A stretch of DNA of 64,000 nucleotides. Source: Rotaria socialis. Lineage: Eukaryota. Made by a program: the position numbers and the translations under genes. Under the pieces are notes generated by a model that did not search any database, was not told the origin of the DNA, and saw only the letters and a program-made list of their open reading frames with translations. Numbering within the stretch: position 1 is the stretch's first letter; each line of letters starts with the position of its first letter. Below, in pieces: positions 1 to 12,561 of this stretch. The stretch covers positions 1-64,000 of the forward strand of contig CAJNYD010000002.1 in the NCBI GenBank assembly GCA_905331295.1. Direction: 5' to 3'.

Positions 1-64
1 CAATATATCTATAAAGAAAAAAATAGATACTAGTCATTATTTTAAATTTTAAATATTTGGTTAC

Positions 65-2967
65 TTACCGTCCATAGAATTCACCTGTCTTCGTTTGTTC
101 TTCAACAATATTTTTTTGCCATTCCGACATAAAAATATTAGCCAAAGTTAATGTTAATGATGAACCCATAGCACCACCAGTTGTTTGTTTATAAATTTTT
201 TTACCATAAGCAAAAACATTATCTTTGAGAATAATTGAAGCTAATCTTTTTATTGTATCAATACTAATTCCCTTCACTTTTCTATAACCATGAGCATGAA
301 GAAATTTCATAAGAATATCTAATGTTTCTTCTTGTGGTAACATTGTATATAAATTACGAATATCAAATGTACAAAAAAGAGTTGTTGGCTTTAAAAGACC
401 TTTTTTGTTATATTTTGAAAGTTCAGTAATTAATGAAGCACCATCAATAATAGTTGTATCTTTGCATTTATCATCAAATATTGGCCGTAAAATTTTGTCT
501 AAGAATTTTGAAATTTTTGTAGTTGAAGCATGAATTGTACTTTCAATGGGTCTAACTGGTATACCATCCTATAAAAATTAGAAATTAAATAAAAAATTAA
601 ATATTAAGAAAAATTTTAAGAAAAATTACCTTATGTGTTTTAGGATTAAAATATAAATGAGCTAATTCACAATTTGTTCGATCAGGCATCATTTGTTCAT
701 ATTGCCATTTACGAATAAGATCTTTTCCACGAAGTGTATTGAGTAATTGTATAACTTTATCTAATATTTCATTGAATGGATTGTAAGATAATTCTATGAA
801 AGCATTTGTATCAGAGAAAAATTTTTGAGCTTTTTTTTCAAATTCAATAGCTGAACCAATATAAAAATTATTTCCTTTGTCCGTAACACGAATAATAAGA
901 TTCATCTTTTGAATTATTCGTCGAATTGATCCAAGAATTTGTGCTTGTTCGTGGCTTTTATATTGATCTTTATATGGTAATGGAGTAAAATAACTTTGAT
1001 TAAGATAATCGAGAAGATGATCTGAATATTGTTTGAAAATTGCATTGTTTCGTGGTATACGATGAGGATATCCGGTGAGATGATTTTCAACTTTCGAATA
1101 AATATCTTTATGTTCATTTTTTATTTCAGTTTCTTGTTGACATTTTGGACGAATAGCACTTTGATTTACTCTTATATAAGATGGACCTAAGTTAATAAAA
1201 AAGAAATAAAGAAATTTTAAAAAATAAGTTAAAAAAAAATTATATTACCAAGTGAAAGATAATTCCATTGACGTTTATCAAATGGATTAGAAATAAGATC
1301 GAGATATGGTTCAGGTGAAACACCAATAACATTTTTTGTTGATGATGAACGTTGACGATTTTGAAGTATTATTCTTCGAAAAGATGCCATTTTATTATAA
1401 ATATCCTTTTTTAATCTATTTATTCGATTATTAATAGATTCTTTAATATTATTTAACATAGTTGTATCATTATTATCTGAGAAGAGTGATCTCAATTTAA
1501 TGAATTCATTTTGATATTGTTGTTCATATTCTTGTATTTTTATTTCATAAATATTTAAGAAATAATTTAACCATTGACGTTTTGCTTCTTGTATAATTTT
1601 ATAATGTTTATTTTTTATTTCAATAGCTTTTTGATTATTATTCAATGGTAAATAATCAGTAGGTGAGATAAAATTTTCCAACTGATCAAAATTTAGTGGT
1701 AAAAATTTGCAATAAATTCGTATTTCTAACATTAATTGTTCTTTCCAAATTTCTGCTTGTTTTTCTCGTATTGTAATCAATCGATTTAAATATTCGTTCT
1801 AAAAAGAAAATTATTTAATAAGAAACATAAATATTCGACTAAAAATCAAATGGATTTACTTCTTGATTGTTCATAAGAGCAGAAGTAGATATTGTTGTCA
1901 ATCGTTGTTTTTCAGAAATATCATCTTTAAATTTGATCAATTTATCATTATTTCTTTTTGATAAATATTTTCGTTCACGATCCACTAATTCTTTAAGTCG
2001 TTGTTCCATTTGTTCAAATGATATTTCTATCATTGGACAAAATGTTTGAAATTGTTCTTCTTGTTTTGTTAATTCAAATTGACAATGATTCAATTGTTTT
2101 TTATTATTTTCCATATAATTCATTACATATTGTTTACATAAATCGAAATCGTTTGTCTTTGCCATTGTATAAAATTGATCCTTAATATTAATTCAAAACA
2201 AATAAAATATAAGACTGATTTTAATATAAAATAAAAAACTTACCGGCCATAAATGTTGTTGTAAACCAATATCTAAATAAGATTGCCATAATTGTCGATC
2301 CATTTCTAAACAATATTGTTGATCTAATAGTTGAAGTCGTCCATTGATAAATTGTTTTTCATCTTTTTTCTTTAATGAATAATTTAAAGCTTTATTTAAT
2401 ATTTGATAGAGTATCGATGATGACCGTGTTAAATACATTGGTTGTCTAAATATATACAAAAAATAAATAAATATGATGGGTAATTATACTGTTAAAAATT
2501 TACTCTTACCGATAATTTATATGTTTATTTGTATCATTGTTATTTCTATTGATTATTGAATTATTATCCATTATTTCTGATATATTCTTCATTTTTTTTG
2601 ATGATGATTGTGCAATAGATATTGAACTCGTTGTTTTTGGTATTGCCAGATCTATTGCTGATGATAATTGTTGTGAAGATATATCTCGTTTACGTTTAGT
2701 AAGATTTGTTGTTATTATTGGTTGTGATTGATAATTTTGTTTTGATGCTAATAATTCCTTGTTTAATTTTGTTGATTCTATATTTGTCGTAGGTTTTTGA
2801 TTTTTCTTCTGAAAACGATTTCTTTTCTCAATTAATTTTTTGATTTTTGCTGGTTTCATTTTTTCAGCACGACATTTTCTTCGAAAACGTTGATCTCTTC
2901 GATTTCCATGACATTTTTTCCGTGGTGCTTGTTGATTTAAATTTAAAACATTATCTTGTCTATCCAT
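65..2967 (-). CDS. Athena (endonuclease-deficient Penelope-like) reverse transcriptase, multi-exon, 3' part runs off the window
   Basis: GT-AG splicing joins ORFs 2506-2967, 2193-2459, 1839-2165, 1229-1780, 597-1187 and 65-569 in frame. PLE RT motifs: TDKG, LYFNPKTHK|DGIPVRPI, TFDIRNLYTMLPQ, QTTGGAMGS..LANIFM, YGR|(YIDD). KR-rich N-terminus (CHGNRRDQRFRRKCR). Confidence 0.9.
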
Positions 2968-3100
2968 ATTGTTAATATTGACTATTGACAGATTAATCTG
3001 TATGTCGAATAAAAATTATTTAAATTATCTGAAAGAAATGAAAAACTATATTAAGAATTGAAAATGAAAACACTATTTTGAATGAAACAAAAAAAAGAGA

Positions 3101-4571
3101 TTAAGATTTCAAAAGAATTGATTCAGACTTGAATTTATAAGTAGATTTAATACGTTCACTAATTTTATTACAACGTTCATTAATAAGTTGTACGAATGTT
3201 GAAGATAACTTTTCATTATTATTCAATGTATGTTGAGATGCATCCATTTTCTTTAAGTTAAGTTCATGTTTCTTTTTATATTCTTCTCGTTGATCTTCAG
3301 CTGATTTCAGATACATATTAAATAAAGTAATTCTCGATTGTATAGCAACTTCTTTGAATTGTTTCTTTAATGCTTCTTGGACAGTTAAACTTTGAATAGA
3401 ATCAATTAAAGGATGATGAGATATTGTTGAGCATTCAAATGATTGACTTGGTAAATTGTAATAGGCAATTTTTTGTTTTAACAATTCATATTCTTGTTCT
3501 GATGTTTCTTGTTCATATTGACTTTGACAAATTTGTATCATTAGTTGTTTCTAAAATATTATAGATTAAATTCAAAGAAGATTTATTTGTCTATTTTCCA
3601 AAAGAAAAAAAGACATACTTGATATTCATTTGGTTTATGTTGAAAATATTCTAATTTCAATGCTCGAATGTGATAATCATAATGAATCAGTTCAACTTGA
3701 TGTTCAATTTTTTTACTTAATGAAGAATTAAGATTTGGCTCAATATATGTCATAAGCCTTTCTTGAATTGATATTGTATAACCTTGAAAATTATTTGCTT
3801 TAATATTCAATTCTTGTTGATATTGCTTTAATTGACGTTGCAGTTCATTTAGTTGATTATTGACAAATTTTAAACAAATTTCATTTTCATTTGTTTTATC
3901 TTTCTTGTTTGATAATACAATGGTTTTTATTTCTTTTGGCCATATTGATAAAGTTGTCGGATAGGATAGCTTTTGTTTTGTTTCATATGGAATAATCAAT
4001 TGTCCTGTACCAGATTTTAAATAAGTTTTCCATAGGTATTGATAAGTTTGAATAACCATAATTTTATAAAGTAAAATAGCTATTTTTCTTAATTCATCCA
4101 TATTATTATTTAATTTTTCTGTTGTTGTTATTATCGACGATAATGTTTGATGCATAAGTTCTTTGAAAGATATATTTTGTTTTGTTAAATAATTTGGAAT
4201 TATTTCTAGTTGATCTTTGATTTCTTTCATTATCTTGATAGGATTTTTTTCATGTGTTGCACTAGTTGATAATTGACTCATTTTTCTTGATAAATTTTGT
4301 TTTTCTATTTCCTAGAAATTATATAGATATATTAGAAATATAATCGATTTAAATTTATTTAAGACTTGCATCCAATTTTTCATTGACGTTACTTTTCTGT
4401 TTAATATTCCATGGAAGATCAACTGACATTTTATCAAAATTTTGCAAAGTTTCATCCTATAATAAAAATGGAAAATATTTGTTAAAAAAAAAGGGCCATA
4501 TGACAAAAAGAATTTATTATTACCTGCTCTTCTTCTTCTTGATTGTACGAATTAGCATTGTTTGTTGTCAT
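3101..4571 (-). CDS. Terminon coiled-coil ORF (4 exons)
   Basis: Exons ~4571-4524, ~4458-4369, ~4311-3620 and ~3550-3101 splice in frame. Helical Q/E/K/L-rich protein sharing YLWxxYL and INERC..I.ERI motifs with neighbouring ORFs. Co-oriented upstream of the RT. Confidence 0.7.
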
Positions 4572-7010
4572 CGTTAATAGAAAGACAAAGAGTTATATCT
4601 GAAACAAAAAAGAAATGAATTTAACAAGCAAATGAACATATGAATTATTTCAAGGATTTTGGGTGATAAGATACATTCGTTTAATATCTTAAATTCAACA
4701 AGAATTCTTTTCTTAACTATCATCTAGAGCAATGACAATCTAATTATAGGTATGAATTTCGAGCTACATGAAAGAAAAAGAGAAAACAAACATTTCTATT
4801 AGATATCTATATAATTATATAATAAAAAGTATTCTTTTATTATTGAGAAGAAGTGTTGATAAATTCCATAATGACTTGTGTACGTTGTTCGATAGTGACG
4901 AGACGTGCTTCAATAATGGCAAACATGACAGGAACAAAATCATCGATGGACAATAGATTCATATTGACTATTGGATTGTTATCAGGAAAAATTGTTTTCG
5001 TTTTTTCACGGAGAAATCGTTCACATGAATTTAATTTTGTTTGCCAAATTTGTTGAACAAGATGAATCTTGAATAGAAAAAAAAAAGAAATATTTTACAT
5101 AGAAAAAGTGATCGAAGTGAATGAAATACGAACTTGTTTTTCAGTTGGATTTAAATCATAGAATGATTTGACTAGATATGCATCATGGAAATTAAAGTGT
5201 AACAAGAGCTTCTTCTGTTCAAAATGTACATGGAAAGGATTCAAATCATTTCTTAGAATAATGGCAAACGTTTTAGATACGATGTCGATCGAATTCTTCA
5301 CATATATTTCATTTTGTAGGTTGAACTTGGATGAAAGTTGAGATTGATGCTTCGACAAATTATATTCCGTTCGTTGTAATTTGTTTTGAATTAATGTTTT
5401 TTGATGTCGAATATTCGTTTTTGTTCTCCTAGAATCCCAATCGATAGAATTTTGTTGAATTATTTCTTTTGATACATCTTCGGATAACCAAACCATGACA
5501 AGTAGATGCAAATTGTCTAAATAATTCCAATAATCTTCTTCAATTTTCAATTGAAAAAAATGACACCATAAATTAGCAAGTCGTTGAACACATTTTAACA
5601 ATTGAATACATGCTAAACATTGTTGAATTTGATCATGANTGATAATTGACTCATTTTTCTTGATAAATTTTGTTTTTCTATTTCCTAGAAATTATATAGA
5701 TATATTAGAAATATAATTGATTTAAATTTATTTAAGACTTACATCCAATTTTTCATTGACGTTACTTTTCTCTTTAATATTCCATGGAAGATCAATTGGC
5801 ATTTTATCAAAATTTTGCAAAGTTTCATCCTATAATAAAAATGGAAAATATTTGTTAAAAAAAAAGGACCATATGACAAAAAGATTTTATTATTACCTGT
5901 TCTTCTTCTTCTTGATTGTACGCATTAGCATTGTTTGTTGTCATCGTTAATAGAAAGACGAAGATTTATATCTGAAACAAAAAAGAAATGAATTTAACAA
6001 GCAAATAAACATATGAATTATTTCAAGGATTTTGTGTGATAAGATGCATTCGTTTAATATCTTAAATTCAACAAGAATTCTTTTCTTAACTATCATCTAG
6101 AACAATGACAATCTAATTATAGGTATGAATTTCGAGCTACATGAAAAAAAAGAGAAAACAAACGTTTCTATGAGATATTTATAATATTACATAATAAAAA
6201 GTATTCTTTTATTATTGAGAAGGAGTGTTGATAAATTCCATAATGACTTGTGAACGTTGTTCGATAGTGACGAGACGTGCTTCAATAATGGCAAGCATGA
6301 CAGGAACAAAATCATCGATGGACAGTAGATTCATGTTGACTATTGGATTGTTATCAAGAAAAATTGTTTTCGTTTTTTCACGGAGAAATCGTTCACATGA
6401 ATTTAATTTTGTTTGCCAAATTTGTTGAACAAGATGAATCTTGAATAGAAGAAAAAGAAATATTTTACATAGAACAAGTGATCGAAGTGAATGAAATACG
6501 AACTTGTTTTTCAGTTGGATTTAAATCATAGAATGATTTGACTAGATATGCATCATGGAAATTAAAATGTAACAAGAGTTTCTTCTGTTCAAAATGTACA
6601 TGGAAAGGATTCAAATCATTTCTTAGAATAATAGCAAACGCTTGAAATACGATGTCGATCGAATTCTTCACATATATTTCATTTTGTAGGTTGAACTTGG
6701 ATGAAAGTTGAGATTGATGCTTCGACAAATTATATTCCGTTCGTTGTAATTTATTTTGAATTAATGTTTTTTGATGTCGAATACTCGTTTTTGTTCTCCT
6801 AGAATCCCAATCGATAGAATTTTGTTGAATTATTTCTTTTGATACATCTTCAGATAACCAAACTATGACAAGTAGATGCAAATTGTCTAAATAATTCCAA
6901 TAATCTTCTTCAATTTTCAATTGAAAAAAATGACACCATAAATTAGCAAGTCGTTGAACACATTTTAACAATTGAATACATGCTAAACATTGTTGAATTT
7001 GATCATGATA
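4267..7010. repeat. ~1.37-kb tandem direct duplication joined at a single N (5639)
   Basis: 4267-5638 and 5640-7010 are near-identical with scattered substitutions, and the junction is an N. Confidence 0.9.
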
Positions 7011-7492
7011 AATGGTAGGAATATTTTTTAAGATTAGCTGTTTAAATGTATCAGGAGACAATCTGTTATAGTTTGGTATTAGTTGAGATGATTTTCTCCA
7101 ATCTTCCTTTGATAGATGATGGACTTTCATCGGTTGTATTGATGTAGAAGATGGAATCATCCTAGTAGTTTGACATTTATTGAATTGATTCTATAAAAAA
7201 AGAAGAAAATAAAATCATGTTATCATTTTTTTGTTTTATTTCATCGTACCTGATTTTTATTCATTGAAATGTTGATCGTATGATTTGAATTCCATGTAGA
7301 AGTATCGTCTTGTCGGTTTATATTGTCTATGTTTCGTTCCAGAGGCTGTCGCATCTCTATCAGCATTTTTATTCTTTGTTCAGTCAATCCTTTTGCTCGA
7401 CACGCCTTTCGGAAGCGTTGTAACTTTCGATTACCACAACAGCGTCGTTTCTTCTTTGATTCGTCATAATTGAGTTTATGAAAGTAATTCAT
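6212..7492 (-). CDS. Terminon coiled-coil ORF with KR-rich N-terminus (3 exons)
   Basis: N-terminal KKRRCCGNRKLQRFRKACR matches the N-terminal motif of the RT gene. In-frame exons 7492-7250, ~7190-6504 and ~6439-6212. Confidence 0.7.
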
Positions 7493-7607
7493 CCCAATGA
7501 GGTTGATGATCGATATTATTGGTATTTATGCTATCTAGAACAGAAATAACAATGGATTATTTATATTTATTGAAGATGTTATAAGAAGGGTTCAATTTTT
7601 TAAAGTT

Positions 7608-8179
7608 TCATGTAACATTTTATATTGTTGTCTACAATATTTAATTATTTTTTTATTTCTTTTCGGATGTGGAATATTCCGACAAGGTTTATGAAGTCGA
7701 CGATGGTATACAAATGGTTTGTCAAATAATCCATTATTGAATTGACGTAATATTTCAATGCCATTTTCACCAGCTAATAAACATAATCCGGTAATATATT
7801 TCCAAAATTCACCAATATGTCGTAGATAATCGGAGACTAGAGTTTCTTCAAATTTGATGATTTCATTGTAATTAATATCATTAATATGTATGCCAGTTAA
7901 ATATAAAAGATTTGCACATAATGATCGTTCATAAGGCCATTCATTTATTCGATTTTTTTTACATCTTCTACATTGACATGCATCATCATCAGTACTAAAA
8001 TAAATGACAAATAATTAAAAATTTTGAAAGTTAAAATCAAGAATTTATTACCAATATCTAATTCCTTGAAATAGTATTTCTTTGCCATTTTTATCATATG
8101 GATTCAACATCCAAAGTTGATATTCTCGAGTAGTTGGATAAATACCAAGATAATCATCAAGTTTATTGTTCTTGAACAT
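7608..8179 (-). CDS. Two-exon ~170-aa protein with Cys cluster, unknown function (absent from the ORF track)
   Basis: MFKNNKLDDYLGIYPTTREYQLW...IRY|CTDDDACQCRRCKKNRINEWPYERSLCANLLYLTG...KNVT*. A GT-AG intron (~8051-7995) keeps the frame open. Confidence 0.6.
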
Positions 8180-8341
8180 TATTTTCTTCGTAACTATATG
8201 AAAAAGTTTATCTAAAATGAAAACAAATAGATCAGCTATGAATAAATTGAATGAATAACACTACAAAAAAAAAGGTTTGATAAATATTCGAATAAATATG
8301 AGAAAAAAAACATGACTTCTATTGAATTAAATATTTATCTT

Positions 8342-8570
8342 TTAGTCTTTTTGTAATTTCAAATGAAAACATTCAATCTTATAATTATAAACCGATTGAA
8401 TACGTTCACCTATCATTCGGCAACGGTCTTGAATTAAATCGATCATTTTTAATGGTAATATTGTGAAATCAAGTGCATTATGATGAATAGAATACATTTT
8501 ATTAACTTCATTGTCATAATTCAATCTAGCTCTAGTTCTTTGTTCTTCAGCTGTTTGTAAACTTAACAAA
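8342..8570 (-). pseudogene. 3' end of another Terminon coiled-coil ORF, truncated by an insertion
   Basis: IDLIQDRCRMIGERIQSVYNYK resembles VQLINERCNKISERIKSTYKFK in the 3101 ORF. Similarity stops at the HINE end at 8571. Confidence 0.6.
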
Positions 8571-9200
8571 CAAGTAACGCGGCGTAAGCGCCGCTGACCC
8601 TCTACTGAAAGTATAGAATATTTTAAAAGCACTATAGCAAGGTTAGTTCCAGAGTCTTATAATTTAACCTACTGATCTCTCCATTGGATGATCATTGGTC
8701 AAAAACGCGGTTCTAAAAACGCAGATATGATCATTCTCATGCACTAACTACGCTTTAGCTTTCTTCGTACCACAACCTAGAGCGCACATTAAAAGATAAT
8801 TTTTAATCAGCTCTATCCTCACCCGTTCAAGAGTCCTAACTAAACAGACCTTATTGATATAGCATTATTCAATTGGTTTCTGTGGTCCGAGAGTTGGTTT
8901 TCACCAATATTATGTTCAACGGTTAGTCGTTCCTCGGCGCCCCTCCAGGGTGCCACTCACGGCTAGCCGCCGCCATTGTTTGTTACACTGAACGAAAAAT
9001 AACAGCACTCAAAATTTCAATAAACTAATCACGGATTCGGATTGCTCGACCACAGAAACTTTTGGTCAAACTTTATTCGTTATTACCGCCAGACAGGTCA
9101 AAGAAACATTGTTTTTGTTCAGTGCAAACGAACACACGGACACACACACGAACGAACGTAACAACTCATTTCGGCGTAAGACCCTCCTTTCAGTAGAGGA
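8571..9200 (-). mobile_element. Non-autonomous Helentron-type element (HINE/DINE-1-like), ~630 bp
   Basis: CAAG end, hairpin GCGGCG-TAAG-CGCCGC (8579-8594), subTIR CCCTCTACTGAAAG (8598-8611), inverted subTIR CTTTCAGTAGAGG (9187-9199), (ACAC/ACGA) microsatellite near the 5' end, A-rich flanks. Confidence 0.8.
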
Positions 9201-10045
9201 AATAAAACGATTATTATTGCATTTAAAATATCGCATTTCGATGCGATCTTTCTTATTTATCACAATAACATCTCAGTCTATTTTTGATTCGTAAGATTTA
9301 TGAATAAAACTCTCCAGGATAACAAGCGCTTCTTAAGGTTTCCAAGTATGCATGTACATATTGATATTCAGAAATAGCCTGATGTTACTATTCATGTCAT
9401 TTAGTTTTTGTTTCAATCTCATTAAAGATATAAAGAAAGAGAACGAAGGACATAAGAGGTTTATCATCGGGAAATTTTTTTTTGATTTTTTGCTGGGGAC
9501 TTGAGAGTGCCTTTTCGGGAAAATGAAATACTCTTATTCAACTTTTCAGGCTCTTTCGAATGATGTACTTTTTAACGAACCGACAGGAAGTCAAAATTTT
9601 TCGATCGGTTGATGTATTTCTTTTAATGAATAGTTTTTTTTTGGAAAATGAATCTTAACAATAGATATTTTGTTGACCTGTGTTACCGAAATCAAAGGAC
9701 AAGATAGGCGAACATGTCGAATGGAGTTTTTCTACACTCTAAAAATAGCTAATCTCAGAAACTCAAAGAGGATTTCCGATTTTGCTACTATCGGAAAATT
9801 ATTAACGGTTTCTGAGCTCACCAAAATCTTATTAATGCTTCTTACACATAATACTCAAACAACGAGTAAAACGTTTCCAAATCATGCGAAACGTGACAAT
9901 AATGTCACTCTGCATCGTAGTGAATAATCCAATCGCAGTTTCAACTAGTCATTATTGAATACATTGAGAAGCAGTGAGTCATTATTCAAATAAAAGATTG
10001 AATGAAGCCTCTGCACGAATATAAATATAAAAATCAATTAGTTGA

Positions 10046-10294
10046 TTGATTTATTTAAGTAGAAGGTATCATAAAACTCAATTTTGAGTGGAATGTAAAC
10101 ATAAAAAACAATTATAGTAGATTAAGTCAAATAAATTTTAGTAGGAAATCCGATTTCGAGTTGAATGTAAACATAAAAAGCAGTTAATGTTACGTCAAAT
10201 AGAAAGTGTCAAAAAACTTGATTTATTTAAGTAGAAGCATAATAAAACTCAATTTTGAGTGGAATGTAAACATAAAAAACAATTATAGTAGATT
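10046..10294. repeat. ~78-bp direct repeat pair in the CACTA subterminal region
   Basis: TTGATTTATTTAAGTAGAAG...GTAAACATAAAAAACAATTATAGTAGATT at ~10046 and ~10218, with a partial third copy between. Confidence 0.75.
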
Positions 10295-10723
10295 CCCGGG
10301 CAGATGAAAATTTTAACTCTATGAATCTTTTCAGCGTTAAAGGAGAGATTTTCCACGAAAGCGCTCACGCAGAAAAAAACATTTTTCATAATGTTCCACT
10401 TTTTTATAACGTTTTTGGCTGCTAATCGGGAACCTCGACTGGCAATGAAACACCATACAAAAAAACAAACGTGAAAACGACAAATAAAGTGACCCGCGAG
10501 ATTTTTCGTCGTGAACACGCTTTGAAAACAGAAGAGGTTACTGATCGTGATTTCCAAATCGCGTATGCCTGCCAATTGGGGACGTCGAGTAGCAATCACA
10601 CGGGATCAACAAAAACGAACGTGAAAAAGGTGATGACACCAAGGTATAGAATTATTCAACAGACAGAACTTTAAAAATTTCCAGCATTTAGTTGTCGCTC
10701 TCTTCAAGCGATCTCTGGATGCA

Positions 10724-11480
10724 CATATGCTGTTGGATCTAAACAGAAATAAAAGAATGATCTGCTTTTTAATTTCAGAATTGAACTCACCATCACTATT
10801 TGTTCATATGCTGTTGGATCTAAATAGAAATAAAAGAATGATCTGCTTTTTTATTTCACAATTAAACTCACCATCACTATTTCTTCAAATGCTGTTGGAT
10901 CTAAATAGAAATAAAAGAATGATCTGCTTTTTAATTTCAGTATTGAACTCACCATCACTATTTCTTCAAATGCTGTTGGATCTAAATAGAAATAAAATAA
11001 TTGATCAATTGTGAATTTCACCATCGAACTTACCATTACTATCTGTTCATATGTTGTTGGATCTGAATAGAAATGAACGAATGATCTGCTTTTTAATTTC
11101 ACAATTGAACTCACCATCACTATTTCTTCAAATGCTGTTGGATCTGAATAGAAATAAAATAATTGATCAATTGTGAATTTCACAATCGAACTTACCATTA
11201 CTATCTGTTCATATGNNNNNNNNNNNNNNNNNNNNNNNNNNNNNNNNNNNNNNNNNNNNNNNNNNNNNNNNNNNNNNNNNNNNNNNNNNNNNNNNNNNNN
11301 NNNNNNNNNTTGAACTTACCATTACTATTTCTTCAAATGCTGTTGGATCTAAATAGAAATAAAATAATTGATCAATTGTGAATTTCACCATCGAACTTAC
11401 CATTACTATTTCTTCATATGCTGTTGGACCTAAATAGAAATAAAACTATTGATATGTTTTTTAATTTCACTATCGAACTC
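10724..11480. repeat. 81-bp unit minisatellite spanning an assembly gap
   Basis: Repeated ATGCTGTTGGATCTAAATAGAAATAAAA...GAACTCACCATCACTATTT units, N-run at 11216-11309. Confidence 0.95.
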
Positions 11481-12561
11481 AGGGTAACGTAAAATGTCTT
11501 GAATGATTATGGAATCTGGTTTAAGGGACTAAGGAATATTGAATAGAAACAAAATAATCGATGATGGTGGGGAAAGATGAAAAGTGGAGACAGATGGTAA
11601 ATCTGAAGTGAAATAGAAGCTATAGAATGTAATGAATCGCGATATTACATGAAGATTAGTTGTGTACTAAAATTGGATGCTTGTAACTGAATCACAACAG
11701 TTAATTTATGATTGTCGAAAATGTGGAAGCTATTAATATTTAGGTCTTACTGGTTAAGATTTAGGTAGCGCTGTCGCATGAGATAACTAGATTTAAATAG
11801 ATCGGAAAAATGGAAATAAAAATTCAGGTATGAAGGAAGAATTTTTTTTTCTAGCATTTGGATTTATTTTATTCGAATTAGAGTTTGATTTATTTAATCA
11901 GATGTCACTGCTTCGTGTGTGATCGATTTTTATATCTCAAAGTTGAAATAGACTAGTGACTTCTGGAGAACATTTCACTGTTTGCATTTTAATCAAAAAG
12001 ATATTTTACTAAAATAATTTAATAAAACTAGATTACAACTTTTATGCTTCAGATACAGCGAGTGTAAAGTATTAGTTTATAAAAATCACCTATCTAGATA
12101 GTGGACCTAACAATTAAACGATGTTATCGACTAAAATGTTTTTCGTTCTTTTAACCTGCTCCAAGAAGGTTGTTTTTCTTCGAATAGTAAATAGGCAGCA
12201 ATGTATAATACATAGGAGGCAATATAATAGTGTGCACTAGTATAAGAAAAATATTTCAGTTTGTAGTATGCAGAAGGAGCCTATATTCACTGCGCTCTTT
12301 GTTAATATCGTCTTTGATTCAGTGAATAATTTATTTCGTACTATCAGTACGATATAATAGAAACCTGCATTTTTGTTGTAATTTCAGTTTTTTATTATTC
12401 TAATCTTGTTTATAACGGTTCTTGTTTTAGATTATTTCTTGACTATTCAAGGAGACTTATTGCATAGAAACAATTAAAATTTGTTTTTATTTCAACTTTT
12501 AAAAATTTGTTTTTATTTCAACTTTTAAAAATTTTGTATCTATTCCTTGAAATTTATAAGC

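Noticed and set aside
4267..7010. Tandem duplication as a real gene duplication
   Set aside because: The copies join at a single N and the partial gene ends exactly there. Most likely two alleles or element copies were concatenated by the assembler.
10724..11480. CRISPR-like array or repeat-protein ORFs
   Set aside because: There are no unique spacers and no cas genes, and the context is eukaryotic. The ORFs are by-products of an 81-bp minisatellite.
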